Source of the DNA: Octopus sinensis
Lineage: Eukaryota
DNA: 64,000 bases
Assembly: GCF_006345805.1 (NCBI RefSeq)
Contig: NC_043005.1
Coordinates: 92,938,001-93,002,000, forward strand
Direction of reading: 5' to 3'
Of this stretch, positions 40,197-50,609 are shown piece after piece. The notes beneath the pieces were generated by a model. That model had not been told where the DNA came from and did not search any database. It saw only the letters and a list, made by a program, of their open reading frames with translations. The position numbers and the translations under genes were made by a program. Each line of letters begins with the position of its first letter. Position 1 is the stretch's first letter.

Positions 40197-40261
40197 CCGA
40201 TGAACAACCTTAAGTGATTTTCGAACCTTATTGGGTTCTCATCAGACGCGTCCATATCACT
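40197..40261 (-). ncRNA. Candidate hammerhead ribozyme (possibly degenerate)
   Basis: Minus strand: CUGAUGA-GAACC(caauaa)GGUUC-GAAA, i.e. full catalytic core with perfect 5-bp helix II closed by G10.1-C11.1; helices I/III imperfect. Confidence 0.6.
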
Positions 40262-40482
40262 CTGACAGTCTCCAGAGAAACAAGCAGCCAAACTGTTTCT
40301 ATACTCCACAAATACAGCAGTTACTCTGTGAAGGATTCCCTAATTGACATACCGAAAGTGTTTAGCACTCAATAAATACCAGTAACTGTCAACGGAAATC
40401 TTAGTCCGCACAGCACACATATATACCTATATGGTGGTATGACTAAAACAAATGAAAGAGTGTGTGTATATGTGTGTGCGTA

Positions 40483-40533
<51 letters not shown>

Positions 40534-40744
40534 GCATACATGTATAAATATGTATATACACATATATATACACGGGTGTGTGTATATGTGTGCATGTATA
40601 TATATATGTACGTGTGTGTATATATATATACACACAACTTATAAACAAGGGCAAAAGTTGTTTATAAATTTAACCTTTAAAGGTATTTTTTTATATGCTG
40701 GCCATTGATAGAATTTCTTTTCTAAAATTTTTATCCTATATTAG

Positions 40745-40777
<33 letters not shown>

Positions 40778-41098
40778 ATGTGCATATATGTGTGTGAGTG
40801 TGTGTGTGTGTATATGTATGTAGATATGCACCACCCATGCTAGGTGGACGTTAAACGATGATGATGATAAAGTGTGCGTGCAGGCTTCTGCCAAACCAGC
40901 TCCTGTCAAGCTGTCCTTTCCATGCCAGCATGGAAGGCAGACATTAAATGATGACAATGATGATGATCTGTATGTGTGAGTAGGTGTATATATTATGTAT
41001 GTCTAAGTGTGTGCATATGTATGTATGTGTGCATGCATATGTATGTATATATATATTATATATGTATATATAATTGTGTGTATATATATATATATATA

Positions 41099-43620
41099 AA
41101 TAAAAAGAATTCCAACCTTGTCTGATTTTCACGTTTTATTTACAATCTTATAATGATATATTATAAGATAATTATTATAATTGAATAAAATAAATGAAAT
41201 AGTAGAATGTAAATATTCATTCTGATTGAACTAGTACTTTCATGCATTGAATTCTGCAATCTTCGGGTTCATGTAGTAGTGTTGACAGTCATGCTTCACA
41301 ATTTTTGACTGTAGCAAGATGATTGATTCTGTGCTATAAATACAGCTGGGTAGGCTCCAGAGTGCTAGGTTTTGCAAACTGTATTCTGACCAATCAGTGT
41401 GTAGTATCACTCAATTACTTAAGCTGATTGGTTGGTTGAGCTGATTGGTTTAGGCATCATGCTTTGTTGGACATGTCAAGAGTCCTGTATCTTGACCCTG
41501 GCCGAAGCAGCAATTGTTGGGTTATTTTTAGAAATGTTGTAAATATCCTTTGTCAGAGATTTTTATATTTTTATATTTCAATTGTCATCATCATCATTGT
41601 CAGCACCTTAATTATTGTTGCTAGTGGTGATGGTGGTGGCAATAGAACTTTTAACCCTAAATAAGATAATTTTCCTGCTATCTTCGTCTTGATCACCTTT
41701 AGTATTGTTGTTGTTGTTAATGGTCATGGTCGTAGCAGTGGAAGTAATACCTCTAAGTATTATTATTATTATTATTGCTTATTTAGCTGGGTTCGAATTT
41801 ATCAATAAAATTCTTTTCTCTGATTTTCCTCTCGATTTCACTTGGGCTGTGTAATTTGTAGAATGGAATATTATATATATTTTCCGACCACATTTTGCTA
41901 GGTGGTTACTCAAAGGTATCTGACGGACCTCTGGGTCTCTAATCTGTTGCCGGTGTACACGTGAGCGTTCTAATAGTGCGTTTCCCGTCTGACCTACATA
42001 TATTTCTTCACAATTTGGGCATTTGATGCAGTAAATAAATTTCTGCTTTTGCAGTTCATATTCGCGTTTGTGAATATTTTCCCGGTTTTTTGTGTTTATA
42101 TATTGACCGGTATGTATGAATTGGCATGTGCCACATCGGCTATCATTGCATTTAGATACCGTGAATGTTTGGTCTTTGTTGCTGAGGTCAAATTTTGCCT
42201 TTGTTAGTAATGTTTTCAAGTTTTTAGGCTGTCTTTTACTAAGCACCATAGCTCGATCCGTGATTATGTCTTTTAATTCATTACTTTGAGGCAATGATTG
42301 GTAGGTTTGCTTTGGCAATGTTGAAGATATTCTGGTGACATGGGTTTGTGTGTCACTATGAATGGTATGACTTGTTCTTGTTTTCCTCTTCCTTGGGTTG
42401 TCCTAAGTTGTTGTATAGGTATTTTTATAGCCCGCTGTATGCCATTTTCTATAAGTAGAGATGGGTATTTTTGTTTGAGCAAAAATTCTCTAGTTCTATT
42501 AGGGTTTGTTCCTGATATTTGCATCTTCTACAATAGTACAAATTCTTCTGGCTAGGCAGTATGGGATGTTACGTTTTGTATGTGGTGGATGGCACGACTT
42601 AAAATTTAGGTATTGATGTGTGTCTGTGTGTTTATAGTATATATCTGTGGTGATGGTGGTGTCTTTTTTAATTACCATTATATCCAGGAATGGTAATTTG
42701 GTACTACTCATCTCCTTTGTAAATTGGAGAGATGGGTGTAGGTTGTTCAGGAGGATATTGAACTCTTCCAGAGTATTTAGAGATTCTGTCCAGATTATGA
42801 AACAGTCGTCTAGGTATCTCTTCCATGCCTTTTCAATATACTTTCTAACTCCAGTGCCATAGTTTACCTCCACCTCTTGGTAGAGTTGTTCTTCTAAGTA
42901 TCCCATTACAGAGTTGGCGTAAACGGGAGCAAACCTCGTTCCCATCGCCGTGCCTCTAATTTGGATGTAATTCTTTCCATTGAAGAAGAATGTGTTATTT
43001 TCTAGAATAAGCTTGACTGTGTCTAATATAAATGGCACTGTGAATCTGCTGGGAATCACTTCTCTATGTTTTTCTAACCAGTATTTAATCGCCTTTATTC
43101 CTAAATCGTGTGGAATATTGGTGTAGAGGCTTACCACATCAAAACTTAGTAAAACTGAATTTGTTTCTGTTGTTTTGGGAAGATGGGACAGGAAGTCGAT
43201 GTCATCCCTGATGAAACTTGGTATGTAAGTACATAGTGGTTTCAAAACAATGTCAATAAAATTGCTTAGACGGTGTGTAGGGCATGCTGGACCAGCTATA
43301 ATAGGTCTAAGTTTTAGGTCTTTTGGATGTAATAATTTTATGTACTCACTTTCTTGTTCTTTTACTGCCTGTTGAATGTTTTTTGATTTGTGTATTTTTG
43401 GTAAGCCGTAGAAGTTGCTGGGTTTTGGTTCAAAATTGGTGATGTAGTCTTTTTCATTATCCGTAAGTGAGTTGTGGTGTGTTGAAATCAGGTTGTTGAT
43501 CTTTTTCATGATGTGGTGGTCTATATTTGCGGGTATTTCACAATAGAAGGTTGTATCCTTCAGTTGGTCTTCAACCAAATCCTTATAGTATTCGGTATCC
43601 ATAATAACAATTGCACCACC
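41099..43620 (-). mobile_element. Penelope-like retroelement (RT + GIY-YIG + pLTR-like tail), 5'-truncated, young
   Basis: GGAIVIMD..FYGLPKIHK..LRPII..SFDVVSLYTNIPH..GTAMGT..RYLDDCF..LPFLD..YYKHTD; CGTC..IYCIKC..YVGQT GIY-YIG. Confidence 0.95.
42499..43620 (-). CDS. Penelope-like reverse transcriptase (TE-encoded, native part of ORF 42499..43803)
   Basis: PLE RT motifs as above; residues upstream of GGAIVIMD are antisense of the inverted arm, not native. Confidence 0.85.
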   Translation of the reverse strand, partial: GGAIVIMDTEYYKDLVEDQLKDTTFYCEIPANIDHHIMKKINNLISTHHNSLTDNEKDYITNFEPKPSNFYGLPKIHKSKNIQQAVKEQESEYIKLLHPKDLKLRPIIAGPACPTHRLSNFIDIVLKPLCTYIPSFIRDDIDFLSHLPKTTETNSVLLSFDVVSLYTNIPHDLGIKAIKYWLEKHREVIPSRFTVPFILDTVKLILENNTFFFNGKNYIQIRGTAMGTRFAPVYANSVMGYLEEQLYQEVEVNYGTGVRKYIEKAWKRYLDDCFIIWTESLNTLEEFNILLNNLHPSLQFTKEMSSTKLPFLDIMVIKKDTTITTDIYYKHTDTHQYLNFKSCHPPHTKRNIPYCLARRICTIVEDANIRNKP

Positions 43621-44823
43621 AATCATTGCCCAAAGTAATGAATTAAAAGACATAATCACGGATCGAGCTATGGTGCTTAGTAAAAGACAGCCTAAAAACT
43701 TGAAAACATTACTAACAAAGGCAAAATTTGACCTCAGCAACAAAGACCAAACATTCACGGTATCTAAATGCAATGATAGCCGATGTGGCACATGCCAATT
43801 CATACATACCGGTCAATATATAAACACAAAAACCGGGAAAATATTCACAAACGCGAATATGAACTGCAAAAGCAGAAATTTAATTTACTGCATCAAATGC
43901 CCAAATTGTGAAGAAATATATGTAGGTCAGACGGGAAACGCACTATTAGAACGCTCACGTGTACACCGGCAACAGATTAGAGACCCAGAGGTCCGTCAGA
44001 TACCTTTGAGTAACCACCTAGCAACATGTGGTCGGAAAATATATATAATATTTCCATTCTACAAATTACACAGCCCAAGTGAAATCGAGAGGAAAATCAG
44101 AGAAAAGAATTTTATTGATAAATTCGAACCCAAGCTAAATAAGCAATAATAATATAATAATACTTAGAGGTATTACTTCCACTGCTACGACCATGACCAT
44201 AACAACAACAACAATACTAAAGGTGATCAAGACGAAGATAGCAGGAAAATTATCTTATTTAGGGTTAAAAGTTCTATTGCCACCACCATCACCACTAGCA
44301 ACAATAATTAAGGTGCTGACAATGATGATGATGACAATTGAAATATAAAAATATAAAAATCTCTGACAAAGGATATTTACAACATTTTCTAAAAATAACC
44401 CAACAATTGCTGCTTCGGCCAGGGTCAAGATACAGGACTCTTGACATGTCCAACAAAGCATGATGCCTAAACCAATCAGCTCAACCAACCAATCAGCTTA
44501 AGTAATTGAGTGATACTACACACTGATTGGTCAGAATACAGTTTGCAAAACCTAGCACTCTGGAGCCTACCCAGCTGTATTTATAGCACAGAATCAATCA
44601 TCTTGCTACAGTCAAAATTGTGAAGCATGACTGTCAACACTACTACATGAACCCGAAGATTGCAGAATTCAATGCATGAAAGTACTAGTTCAATCAGAAT
44701 GAATATTTAACATTCTACTATTTCATTTTATTTTATTCAATTATAATATATTATCTTATAATATATCATTATAAGATTGTAAATAAAACGTGAAAATCAG
44801 ACAAGGTTGGAATTCTTTTTATT
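43618..44823 (+). mobile_element. Inverted ~1.2-kb duplicate of the Penelope 3' end (GIY-YIG + tail)
   Basis: Reverse complement of 41099-42302 with only a few differences; ACC microhomology at junction. Confidence 0.93.
43670..44149 (+). CDS. GIY-YIG endonuclease domain of the PLE (TE-encoded, uninterrupted in this arm)
   Basis: KCNDSRCGTC..NCKSRNLIYCIKCPNCEEIYVGQT..R..H..E..FI. Confidence 0.8.
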   Translation: MVLSKRQPKNLKTLLTKAKFDLSNKDQTFTVSKCNDSRCGTCQFIHTGQYINTKTGKIFTNANMNCKSRNLIYCIKCPNCEEIYVGQTGNALLERSRVHRQQIRDPEVRQIPLSNHLATCGRKIYIIFPFYKLHSPSEIERKIREKNFIDKFEPKLNKQ

Positions 44824-45160
44824 AATATATTCTTCTATACGCAATCACACACACCCATATATATATATATCTATATATATATATATATACACAATTGTAT
44901 ATACTAAAGTATATACAATTTTCACATTTCTAAATTAACTATATGAATTATACAAGATAATATGACAGATTTTGAGTATGAATATTATGGATTATCGCAG
45001 TAGAATAACCAAGGAAATATATATGGATTTAAAGACTCTCATCAAAAGTAGTCATTTTTAATTTTTATTTTACATTTCAAACAAACACCATTTTACAATT
45101 TTACTTCAAATTTTAAAAGAAAAACTATCATTCGATATATTATACAATATTCATATTTTA

Positions 45161-45252
45161 TATCTCTGAAGAGCAGAAGGGTTGTCTATAAATGCTTATC
45201 AATATAGGATTTCATTGTAGGGACAACTCTTCTGCGAAATGATTGTAAGATG
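45161..45252 (+). ncRNA. Candidate minimal type I hammerhead ribozyme with long helix II
   Basis: uaucu-CUGAAGA-gcagaaggguuguc...gacaacucuucugc-GAAA-u-gauu-g-UA|agaug; helix I uaucu/agaug, 14-bp helix II, 2-bp helix III; predicted cut after 45247. Confidence 0.75.
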
Positions 45253-45693
45253 CTTAAATAATTAATTCGAAACTTTTAAACTATCAAATTTATTTTATAT
45301 ATTATTTTTATATTTTCATATTTATTTATTTATATATATTTATAATACAATAAGTTCTTTCACACAGGCATATCTTTATGATGAGTTTGGATATTAATTT
45401 CCTTATATTAATAATAATAATATATTACTAAAAAATATATATATATTATATATTTAAAGAAGGCAAAATTTAAATTTTGATTCTTCATAAACACAGGTTT
45501 ATCCTTGTGTTTACCTATAATTTATGAGCATAATCTTCTTGCATATGTATGGCCATGGTTAAACATAGTAATATACCAGTAAATGGATACTGCTATCCCT
45601 TAGACGGTTATTTTAACCTCTAACTCAGCTAACCTTATATATAATTTATTTATATATATATATATATATAGTGTGTGTGTGTATATATGTGTG

Positions 45694-45733
<40 letters not shown>

Positions 45734-45747
45734 CATACATATATATA

Positions 45748-48700
45748 TCCTTAAATCCTTAAAAATATTTTAGCCCGAAGGCCGCGGCCATGCTGGGGCA
45801 CCACCGCTGAATGAGCTACACTAATTTGTGAATCCACCTCTGATACGTGGCACTTGATCAACAAGGGAGTTCGATGCTGCTGCCCGCATCCGTGTCTCCT
45901 GTCGTGAGGTAGGTTCATCTCGGACTCCCAACAAGAAGAGATCCAGTTTAGTTTTAAAGAAACCCACATCCACACCATGTAAGTCTCTCAGGCATTTAGG
46001 GAGGATGTTAAAGAGCTGTGGTCCTCTGAAACCCAAGCTGTTGCAGTATCTGGACCTGTATTTTGATGGTGATGTTGGAATCCTTGGCACCATGCAGTGG
46101 CGCCCCGTTCTGCGGTTGGGGTAACTTCGAATGCCAAAGTTTGGGACAAAACCCTCCAGGATTTTCCAGATGTATATCACCGCATATCTCTCCCGCCTCC
46201 GCTCCAGGGAGAAGAGGTTTAATACTTTCAGTCTTTCCCAGTAGCTGATATTTTGCATTGAGACGATTTTCTTTGTGTAGCTTCTCTGAATTGCTTCGAG
46301 TTCTGCTGTTAGTTTTATATTGTGTGGTGACCACAGTTGGGAGCAGTAGTCCAAGTGGCTGAGGACGAATGTTTTCCATAGGACCATCAGTGTCTCCTTC
46401 TCTCTTGATCAGAAAGTTCGGAGAATCCATCCAGCTAGCCGTCTGCATTTTATCACCAGATTAGCAATATGATTGCAATTCTTCCTGGGCCAGTGTATCC
46501 AGTCTGCACGTCGTTTACCTTTGTGTGCCAGTAGTGCAGGGCCTGGAACTTACCTGCATTAAACTGCATGTTGTTGTCCTCAGCCCACCTGTATATTGTG
46601 TCCAGCTCATGTTGCAGATGCGCAATATTTTCAGGGTTTTGTATTGCATGGGAGACTTTTGTGTCATCTGCATAGCTAGCAAGGGTGGTCATCGTAGCAA
46701 CTAAAGGCATGTCTGAAAGGGCCACTATGAACATCAGTGGCCCTAAGACAGTGCCCTGTGGGACACCGCTTGTTATTTGCGTTTCCTTGGAGGTGGCTCC
46801 ATTGCTCACAACTGCCTGTCTTCTGTCTTTTAGGAAGCTGTGCAGCCACTCTCCAAGTTTTCCGCCTATGCCGAGACCACGCAGTTTGTGACAGATCATA
46901 CCATGGTCGACTTTATCAAAGGCTTTTGCAAAGTCGAGATATATTACATCCACATTTGAGCCATTTAGTAGCTGTTTCAACACCCAGTCATAGTGTTGCA
47001 GGAGCTGTGTTAGGCAGCCTCTACCTGGTCGAAATCCATGCTGGGTGTCAGACAGCAAGTCATTTTCTTCAAGGAACATGATTAGTTTCTTACGGACTAT
47101 TCGTTCCATGACTTTGCTGATATGTGAGGTCAGAGAGATAGGCCTATAATTTTTAGCATCTGCTCTGCTACCTCCCTTATGGATAGGGCATATTACCCCC
47201 TCTTTCAATTTGACTGGGAGCTTACCACTTGCAAGAAAGCTCTGAAAAAGAAGCTGTAGCGGTTTTGCAAGGGTTCGTTTGCACGATTTGAGAAGGATCG
47301 CTGGGAATCCATCAGGTCCAGCAGCTGAGTTTGTGTCAATCTCATCTATGGCTAGTGTGATATCATCATCTTCGATGTTGATGTACTCAATTTTTGCCTC
47401 TTTGGCCACAGGTAAAGTGGCAAAGAATTCTTCTGGGTTGTTTACTTGCCTGTGTCCTAGAGGTGTAGTGAACACACTTTGGAACTGTTCGTTCAGTATT
47501 TCACTTATCCTCGTGGGATTTCCTGTGAGAGAGCCATCTTTTTGGAAGAGAGGTCCTATTCTCTGGTGCACTGTGGCTGTCTCTTTGGCAAACTTAAAGA
47601 AAGCTTTAGGGTTTGATTTTATATTTTCTATTACCCAAGCTTCTTTATCTGCTCTCTCCTTTTCATGGGACTGATGTAGACTTTTCTCAGTTTCCATTAG
47701 CATTCTTTCGAGCCGAGACTTCTCACCACTTTTGGTGTGCTTGCTCAAGCGGTTCGCAATCCTTGTCCGTCGTCTCATAAGAATCCTCCTTTCTCTAGGG
47801 ATCCTGTTTTTGTTCTTGTGTGTGCTGGCCCTGCACACTGGGACATATTTGTCAAATATGGCTTGTATTATGGACATGAAGTGTTTGTGTTTCATGTTAA
47901 TGTCCAGTGTGGAGAGACATTCAGGCCAATCCTGTTTGAGGATCTCTTTCTCAATCAACTTCCAGTTGGCTTTATGAAAGTTTAAGTTGGAGAGATGGTG
48001 GATGCTTCGTATAGGCTGTGTGTCTACGGGGGCTTTTGTTCCATACATAGATAGCTCTATTATGTTGTGATCCGAGATCATTGTCGGCATCACATTAACA
48101 TTATGGATAATATCCATATTGTTTGTGAAGCAGAGATCCAGTATATTATCTGCCCTTGTTGGTTGCAGAACTATTTGCTCCATGAAAGAGGCATTTGTGA
48201 GATGGAGCAGGGACTCCACCTGTGCCTGCTGATGGTGTGTCATCCCTGGGAGCATCTGCCCCCCAGGCCATTCCACATTGGGGAGGTTAAAGTCACCCAT
48301 GAAGAATACACTGTTGTGTTGTTCAAGGTTGGTGAGGACTGCCTATTTTTGTTAGGCAGTCTTCAAACATGCCTGAGTGTTTTGGGGCATCTGGTGGGCG
48401 ATATGTAGTGCATATGACGATATTCAGTTGTCTTATGTGTACAATTTGAGTTTCACATACTGAGTTTGAATATGACAGCAGGACCTGGGGCGTGAGGTCA
48501 TCTCGGATGTACATTGCAACTCCACCATGGCTCCTCCCTTTTCTATCTGTGCGTATGACTGCATATTGCGGCATGTGTATTTCTGCATCACCTATATCGG
48601 GTTCAAGATGCGTTTCTGTGAGTGCCATGCATATAGCTGATTGCATGTCACAAGGTCTCTCAGGAATGAGATTTTCCTTTTACAGTTTCCGCGCAGCAGC

Positions 48701-49079
48701 CCTCCTACATTCAGTAGAAATATTTTTGCGGTGTGTGTGTTGGTGTTGGTGTCTGTGGTGGCCATCCTGCATCTGTTGGAGGTGGCCTTATGTGGTGGTA
48801 GTTCCAGCTTTGTGCTTGTAGCCAGGTCAGCTGCTGAACAATTTTTTGTGCCATGCACAAAAAAGATTGCTGTTCAGCTGCTGCCCTTCTCACATCTGGG
48901 TGAAGCTGGCCATTTGTTGGGTTACCGCGCACCACATCTGCATACCGTCTTTCAGGAGTGGTCAGTGCGCTTTTTTCCCTTCTTTTAACTTTTTCTTTTT
49001 GTTCTCCCCGAGGGAGGGACCCCTGTCTCGCGTCCGTGCGGTTTTGGTAGGGCTTCTGATGTGCAAAGCGACAGTTCGC
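45748..49079 (-). mobile_element. Near full-length CR1-type LINE (ORF1 C-terminus, APE-RT ORF2, 3' tail)
   Basis: ORF1 remnant ANCRFAH; APE LLNVGGL..ALTETHL..RTDR..GGVAMY..GDFNLP..SDHN; RT; C-terminal ERRRERY; tail ending ttaaggatttaagga; flanked by (TA)n. Confidence 0.95.
46453..48300 (-). CDS. CR1 ORF2 open segment (615 aa: APE C-half + RT), TE-encoded, frameshifted at both ends
   Basis: [52 protein letters not shown]. Confidence 0.85.
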   Translation of the reverse strand: MGDFNLPNVEWPGGQMLPGMTHHQQAQVESLLHLTNASFMEQIVLQPTRADNILDLCFTNNMDIIHNVNVMPTMISDHNIIELSMYGTKAPVDTQPIRSIHHLSNLNFHKANWKLIEKEILKQDWPECLSTLDINMKHKHFMSIIQAIFDKYVPVCRASTHKNKNRIPRERRILMRRRTRIANRLSKHTKSGEKSRLERMLMETEKSLHQSHEKERADKEAWVIENIKSNPKAFFKFAKETATVHQRIGPLFQKDGSLTGNPTRISEILNEQFQSVFTTPLGHRQVNNPEEFFATLPVAKEAKIEYINIEDDDITLAIDEIDTNSAAGPDGFPAILLKSCKRTLAKPLQLLFQSFLASGKLPVKLKEGVICPIHKGGSRADAKNYRPISLTSHISKVMERIVRKKLIMFLEENDLLSDTQHGFRPGRGCLTQLLQHYDWVLKQLLNGSNVDVIYLDFAKAFDKVDHGMICHKLRGLGIGGKLGEWLHSFLKDRRQAVVSNGATSKETQITSGVPQGTVLGPLMFIVALSDMPLVATMTTLASYADDTKVSHAIQNPENIAHLQHELDTIYRWAEDNNMQFNAGKFQALHYWHTKVNDVQTGYTGPGRIAIILLIW

Positions 49080-49183
49080 ATATATATATAAATTATATAT
49101 GTATAATTTTTATATATATATATATAAATTATATATATATAATTTATATATATATATATATAGTGTGTGTGTGTGTGTATATA

Positions 49184-49232
<49 letters not shown>

Positions 49233-49562
49233 GTTTGTGTGCATAGATACAAAACTCCAAATTTATATGTAATGTGTGTGTGTGTATATATGTAATATGG
49301 GCAGAGCACTGTATCTCTCTCTCTATATTTGAATGTTGGTTCAACGTTATGCTTCGGTTAGAGAGGCATTAAGTACTAAGAGCTGTGAGGGATCGAACTG
49401 CTGAGTCTTCCTTCTCACCCATTAGAGTCACTACTGGATAAATGGTCCCCAGAGGGGCTGTAGCCTTGGAAAGATCCTTAACTGCAGAGAAACACTACTC
49501 ACAATACATGTCAATAAACAACCTTAGAAATCTACAAACTACCTCCCATCTAACTGATGTTT

Positions 49563-49604
<42 letters not shown>

Positions 49605-50609
49605 TCACACACATTGTTTGTATGTTTTTAATACTGATAACCTTGTACAGCAGTGAATTTCTATTTAGACCATGACCAACAAACAGGATTTTGTTTAATG
49701 AACTAAGCTATTTAAACTCGTTCTCTGAGGGAAAGAAATTGTTGTCTTTCATATGTGCTATTTTTATATCTAACTATTCATAAATACTGATCTTTACTGT
49801 TTGTAAATCTTTAGAAATTTAATCTCGTTATGTTACTGCTTGCTACTAGAAAGCTATTTTTATATGTGTTTTTTTTTTTCTTACTCTAGCTTTTTTTTTT
49901 CATACTATTCATAACAGTTGTGTAATGGGGTGAAGAATTACTCCTTAAAATAACTACAGTTTCATGTGTTATGGATGATAGATATTAAATATTTAGCCTA
50001 GATGAGATCTCCACCTGTTCTCTTTTTGTGTCTGTGTGTATGCACACATGCACATACACACACACATGCACATACACACACACATGCACATACACACACA
50101 CATGCACATACACACACACATGCACACACACAATGAGATTTATATACATAAATATATGTGCATGTATTATGTATATGTGTGTATATCTATGTGTGTCTGT
50201 GTGTGTGAGTATACACATACACAGATAGGTGTGTGCGTTTTAGTCAAGGGTGGAAGCAGTACCTACAGATTCTTGCAAGGCCTCTCAGACTAGAACAGTT
50301 ATCCTCAAAGTGGAGATCTGGCATAAATGCTTTCAACAGATTGGAGTCTGCTAAAGGCACCGAAGGTGTCAGGTCAGGGTTTTAAACTAGGTAATGAATA
50401 GTCTGCTACCTTAGCAGGCCTTAAAATGGATTTGAACTTAAAACACAGAGCTAGAACAAGTATATCTATTATATGATCATACACCATATCATGATGATGA
50501 TGATGATCATCATCATGGTCACTTACTCACTATAATCAATTTTTAACTTCTGGTTCACCATATTGTCTAAGTAATCCGGTCTTTTCCAGCACTATGTGTC
50601 ACCAATGGC

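Noticed and set aside
43621-43803. N-terminal 60 aa of ORF 42499..43803
   Set aside because: It is the antisense reading of the inverted arm, not native PLE protein
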